This document shows, piece after piece, positions 59,376-64,000 of a stretch of DNA of 64,000 bases. The translations under genes and the position numbers were made by a program. Position 1 is the stretch's first letter. The number at the start of each line of letters is the position of its first letter. Location of the stretch: contig NC_043019.1 in assembly GCF_006345805.1 (NCBI RefSeq), positions 4,587,360 through 4,651,359 of the forward strand, in the 5' to 3' direction. This DNA is from Octopus sinensis (Eukaryota). The notes under the pieces were generated by a model. It saw nothing but the letters and a program-made list of their open reading frames with translations, was not told the DNA's origin and did no database searches.

Positions 59376-60153
59376 CTGCAACGAAAGAGAGAAAAATATT
59401 TATACATTTAATGTCATTCTGTTTGTGTAAGTGTACAAATAAATGTAGAAAAAAAAACCCAAAACATATAGGTGCAGGAGTGGCTGTGTGGTAAGTAGCT
59501 TGCTTACCAACCACATGGTTCCGGGTTCAATCTTCAATCCCACTGCATGGCACCTTGGGCAAGTGTCTTCTACTATAGCCTCGGGCCGACCAAAACCTTG
59601 TGAGTGGATTTGGTAGACGGAAACTGAAAAGAAGCCCATCGTATATGTATATATATATATATGTATGTGTGTATGTTTGTCCCCCAAAATCGCTTGACAA
59701 CCGATGCTGGTGTGTTTACGTCCCCGTAACTTAGCGATTCGGCAATAGAGACCGATAGAATAAGTACTAGGCTTACAAAGAATAAGTCTTGGGGTCGGTT
59801 TCTTCGACTAAAGGCAGTGCTCCAGTATGGCCGCAGTCAAATGATTGAAACAGGTAAAGAATATTTCTCTTATATTCTTCAAGCTGAATGAATGTAATTA
59901 AGTTTGAACCAGTTCTGAATGCTTCCATCAGAGAGAGGGCTTCGTTAAGGATGCCCAAGATCAAAAGAATAATTAAGTGGCAGCATTAAAGTGAGCAGTG
60001 TATTAGATGCAAAAATTTAAATACTTTTAAAAGAGGGGACTCCACTAAATGTAACCAAAAGGATCAGGTGAGTCTGTTAAAGTGAGAAAGGGGTTAGATC
60101 TACCTCTTTTGATGTTAATACAGGTGGAAAACAAAGGAAGATGTCATTCTTAC

Positions 60154-60298
60154 TTTATGGAAGAAGGCTGCTCCGGTAAGTACCATCGACAGTTCGCAAG
60201 AATGGTTGGCATTGTAGTGCCAAGCCTTCTCATCAGCATGCCAGCCATGAAAGCGTCCTGGGAATCCAACAACACGATCACGGGCCTCACGCCACACT
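60154..60298 (-). CDS. EXTL3: EXTL3 exon
   Basis: TTGCAG|(R)[48 protein letters not shown]|GTAAGA; 145 nt. Confidence 0.95.
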
Positions 60299-60376
60299 CT
60301 GCAATAATGTCAACACAACAAATTTATTTCAAGAAAGAACAAAAAAAAAAGAAAGAAAAAACAACAAACAAACATA

Positions 60377-61041
60377 TCTTTATATATAAAAGTGAGGTTG
60401 TGTGCTGTCTGTCTCCTACGATTTAGATTCCTTACTCCCACATTTTGCGGTGCAGTGTATCTTATAGTCGTGATTCATATCGAGCCCTTCTGGGTATATT
60501 AGCGTGCGTCTACGATTTAAAAAACAATTTACCATAATTTTCCCGCATTTTTAATGCAGTTTCGCTCGGTTTATATAAGGGAAGTAACTCTCTAAAAATG
60601 GATTATTAAATCTCAGAACGTAAAAAGCTACAGTAACACCACCCCCTTTGTGGTTAGCCATATTAAGATGGCTATTATACTTTACATCTCTAAAAATGCT
60701 TATATAGTTATTTCCCTTACAAACCCGAGCAACGCCGGGCGATACTGCTAGTCTATATATATAAAAGAGAAGTTGTGTGGTGTCTGTCTCCTACGATTTA
60801 GATTCCTAACTACTCCCACATTTTGCGGTGCAGTTTAACCAAAACCGGGTATCTTATAGTCGTGATTCATATTGAGCCCTTCTGGGTATTAGCGCGCGTC
60901 TACGATTTAAAAAAAAATTTACCATCATTTTTTCCCATTTTTAATGCATGTTTTGCTATTATATAAGGGAAGTAACTCTCTAAACATGCTTATATAGTTA
61001 TTTCCCTTACAAACCCAAGCAACGCCAGGCGATACTGCTAG
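60377..61041 (+). mobile_element. Two head-to-tail Helitron-like elements
   Basis: 60377-60751 and 60752-61041, each TC...hairpin-CTAG, joined directly as CTAG|TC. Confidence 0.7.
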
Positions 61042-62670
61042 TAATAAATAAATAAACAATTTGATTAGAAATATTGATTTCAAAATTTGGCCCACGGCCA
61101 GTAATTTCAGGGGACATCAAACCCCCCCCCCCAGTATACAACTGGTACTTATTTTATTGACTCTGAACAGATGAAAGGCAAAGTCGATATTGATGGAATT
61201 TGAACTCAGAACATAAAGACGGACAAAATGCCGCCAAGCATTCTACCTGGTGTGCTAACGATTCTGCCAGCTCACTGCCGTTTTGATTACAGATATTGGC
61301 GGTGGGTAGTTTGTCATTAGGTCAAAGGTGACGGTGTAAACGCCCAAATAACTACTATGAGGGACTCTAACCCTAACCCTAACCCTAACCTTGCAGTTTA
61401 ATGCAGTAAAGCGGCGAGCGGGCAGAAACGTTAGCATGCCAGGTGAAATGCTTAGTGGTATTTTGTCTGCCGCTACGTTCTGAGTTCAAATTCTGCCGAG
61501 GTCGACTTTGCCCTTCATCCTTTCAGGGTCGATAATCAAGTACCAGTTACACACTGGCATCGATATAATCGACTTAATCCGTTTGTCTGTCCCCTCTGTG
61601 TTTAGCCCCTTGTGGGTAGTAAAGAAATATAATTATATACACACACATATGTATACAGAAGTGTGTGTGTGTGCGTCTATTTCACAGCATATTGGCAAAG
61701 AAAATTTTTTCGTTTTCTTCTTACTCTTTTACTTGTTTCAGTCATTTGACTGTGGCCATGCTGGAGCACCGTCTTTAGTCGAGCAAATCGATGCCAAGAC
61801 TTATTCATTGTAAGCCTAGTACTTATTCTATTGGTCTCTTTTGCTGAACTGCTAAGTTACAGGGACACACACAGACACACAAACATATACGACGGGCTTC
61901 TTTCAGTTTCCGCTTACCGAACTCACTTACAAGGCTTTGGTCAGCCCGAGGCTATAGTAGAAGACACTTGTCCAAGGTGTCATGCAGTGGCACTGAACCT
62001 GGAACCATGTGGTTGGTAAACAAGCTACTTCCCACACAGCTATTCCTGCACCTTATTATTATGGCTGTCCCCTTGTTATCAAGTATGGCCATTGCACGAA
62101 ACTTAACTATTACTGGTGTTGTGATCGAATGTGACTTTTTAGCCCAGCTAAAGATCTACAATGTCTTGTACAAAATTGGCAGCTAAAACCTTTACTGGTA
62201 ATAGCCGGCTGTAGTTGTAACTGGGCCTCATGTACCTTTGCATGTCATTTTAGTCCTCCTGCCGAATTACACTCTCTTCCACATGCCCGACAGATATGAT
62301 TAGTATGGTGTGTTACACCACCACCAGTGGCCAGGTTGCACCTACCTACCTACATACATGCTATTGTATTGAGTCTTTGTATCAATAAATATTTGGTGTT
62401 TGTCACTTAATAACTGTAATAAAAAACAAAAAGCACAATTATTGTTTCTATAGCAACAGTTTGTTTTTAACCACACTGTACTTATCATATTAAGAATGTT
62501 AAATATACAGGCTGCTGCTGCCCGTCCTGTCTAAGATCATTCAGCCTGAGACCACACCTGTGTCCAGTTCTTCCCAAACAGAGTTCTCTATTAAATTCCT
62601 TACACGAAGAAAATAAAATTTTAAAAATCACAATAACAATAAGCGTAAAAACGGAGAAAGAAAGAAAGCG

Positions 62671-63096
62671 TGAGCGAACCCGACTGACCAAAAATGATTG
62701 AACACGACTAACCAAAAATGAGTGAACATGACTGACCAAAAATGATTGAACACAACTGACCAAAAATGAGTGAACACGACTGACCAAAAATGAGTGAACA
62801 CGACTGACCAAAAATGAGCGAACCCGACTGACCAAAAATGAGTGAATATGACTGACCAAAAATGAGCGAACACGACTGACCAAAAATGAGTGAACACAAC
62901 TGACCAAAAATGATTGAACACGACTGACCAAAAATGAGTGAACACAACTGACCAAAAATGAGTGAACACGACTGACCAAAAATGATTGAACACGACTGAC
63001 CAAAAATGAGTGAACACGACTGACCAAAAATGAGTGAACACGACTGACCAAAAATGAGTGAACACGACTGACCAAAAATGAGTGAACATGACTGAC
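62671..63096 (-). repeat. 24-bp minisatellite (about 17.7 units) starting at the EXTL3 splice donor
   Basis: Minus-strand unit GTCAGTCGTGTTCACTCATTTTTG. Confidence 0.95.
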
Positions 63097-63224
63097 CTGA
63101 AGCCGAAAATGATTTCATCATGGCGAAGATGGACATCGTCATCAATGCTAAGTATAGCTTCAGTTTCAATTACATCAAATGGTAGGAAACGGTTGTTTAA
63201 AGTGTTGCGCTCTGTTTTAATCAC
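63097..63224 (-). CDS. EXTL3: EXTL3 exon (GT64 domain, DDD motif)
   Basis: TTACAG|[42 protein letters not shown](R)|GTCAGT; 128 nt, phase 0-2. Upstream exons lie beyond the window. Confidence 0.95.
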
Positions 63225-64000
63225 CTGTAAAAGAACATATATTCAACATCATCATCATCATCGTTTAACCCTTTAGTGTTTGCATTATTCTGCCAAAATT
63301 AATCCTTTTTTATCCACATTCATCATCATCATTATCGTTTAACGTCCGTTCTCCATGCTAGCACGGGTTGGACGGTTCGACTGGGGTCTGGGAAGCCAGG
63401 GGCTGCACCAGGCTCCAGTCTGATCTGGCAGAGTTTCTACAGCTGGATGCCCTTCCTAACGCCAACCACTCCGCGAGTGTAGTGGGTGCTTTTTACGTGC
63501 ACCCACTACACTCGCGGAGTGGTTGGCACCTTGAACTAATCAGACATTAATCTTGGTGCTATGAGATTTTGATGAGGTAGCTGTTAATTTTCAAAACGAT
63601 ATTGTAGGGCTGGTGTAAGAGACCAGATCTGGCCAGTTTGAACATAAAACAGGCAGAATACTTTTGGCCAGATATGGCCGGTTTAAATGCTAAAGGTTCA
63701 CTTTTCATGCTGGCATGGGTTGGATGGTTCGGCTGGGGTCTGGGAAGCCAGGAGGCTGCACCAGGCTCTAATCTGATCTGGCAGGGTTTCTACAGTTGGA
63801 TGCCCTTCATAATGCCAACCACTCCAAGAGTGTAGTGGGTGCTTTTTACATGTCACCAGCATGGGAACCAGTCGGGGGCACTGGCTTCGACCACGTTTGG
63901 ATAGTACTTTTTACGTGCCACTGGCACGGGAGCCAATCAGGGGGCACTGGCATCGACTACATTTAGATGGTACTTTTTGTGTGCCACTGGCATGGGAGCC

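Noticed and set aside
62628-63224. 198-aa ORF as a standalone protein
   Set aside because: Only the first 128 nt is an EXTL3 exon; the rest is read-through into the intronic minisatellite.

Overview
AT-rich, repeat-saturated eukaryotic genomic DNA. The repeat families suggest an invertebrate, most likely an octopus or other coleoid cephalopod (inference). Genes: (1) the terminal coding exon of a Src-family tyrosine kinase (+, 3077-3282); (2) a full-length U2 snRNA (-, 16138-16328) lying tail-to-tail with a 5'-truncated Tx1/L1-group LINE; (3) a complete 10-exon ADRM1/Rpn13 gene (+, CDS 18576-52388, 401 aa, including a 24-nt microexon absent from the ORF track); (4) the last four coding exons of EXTL3 (-, 63224-53219), converging tail-to-tail with ADRM1. 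Most of the rest is tRNA-derived SINEs, RTE and CR1-group LINE fragments, Helitron-like, mariner, pogo-like, piggyBac-like and 8-bp-TSD MITEs, Penelope-like palindromic repeats, and micro/minisatellites. The most notable observations are: three repeat families carrying minimal hammerhead-ribozyme folds, one with an apparent natural G3:C8 swap of the catalytic C3:G8 pair and one behind a tRNA-like Pol III head; a 24-bp minisatellite built from the EXTL3 splice donor that creates 17 extra in-phase donor-like sites; head-to-tail SINE concatemers with a recurrent hairpin junction; and a stop-containing partial duplicate of an ADRM1 exon fused to an RTE insertion. All structures were read by eye; no alignments, folding or database searches were run.
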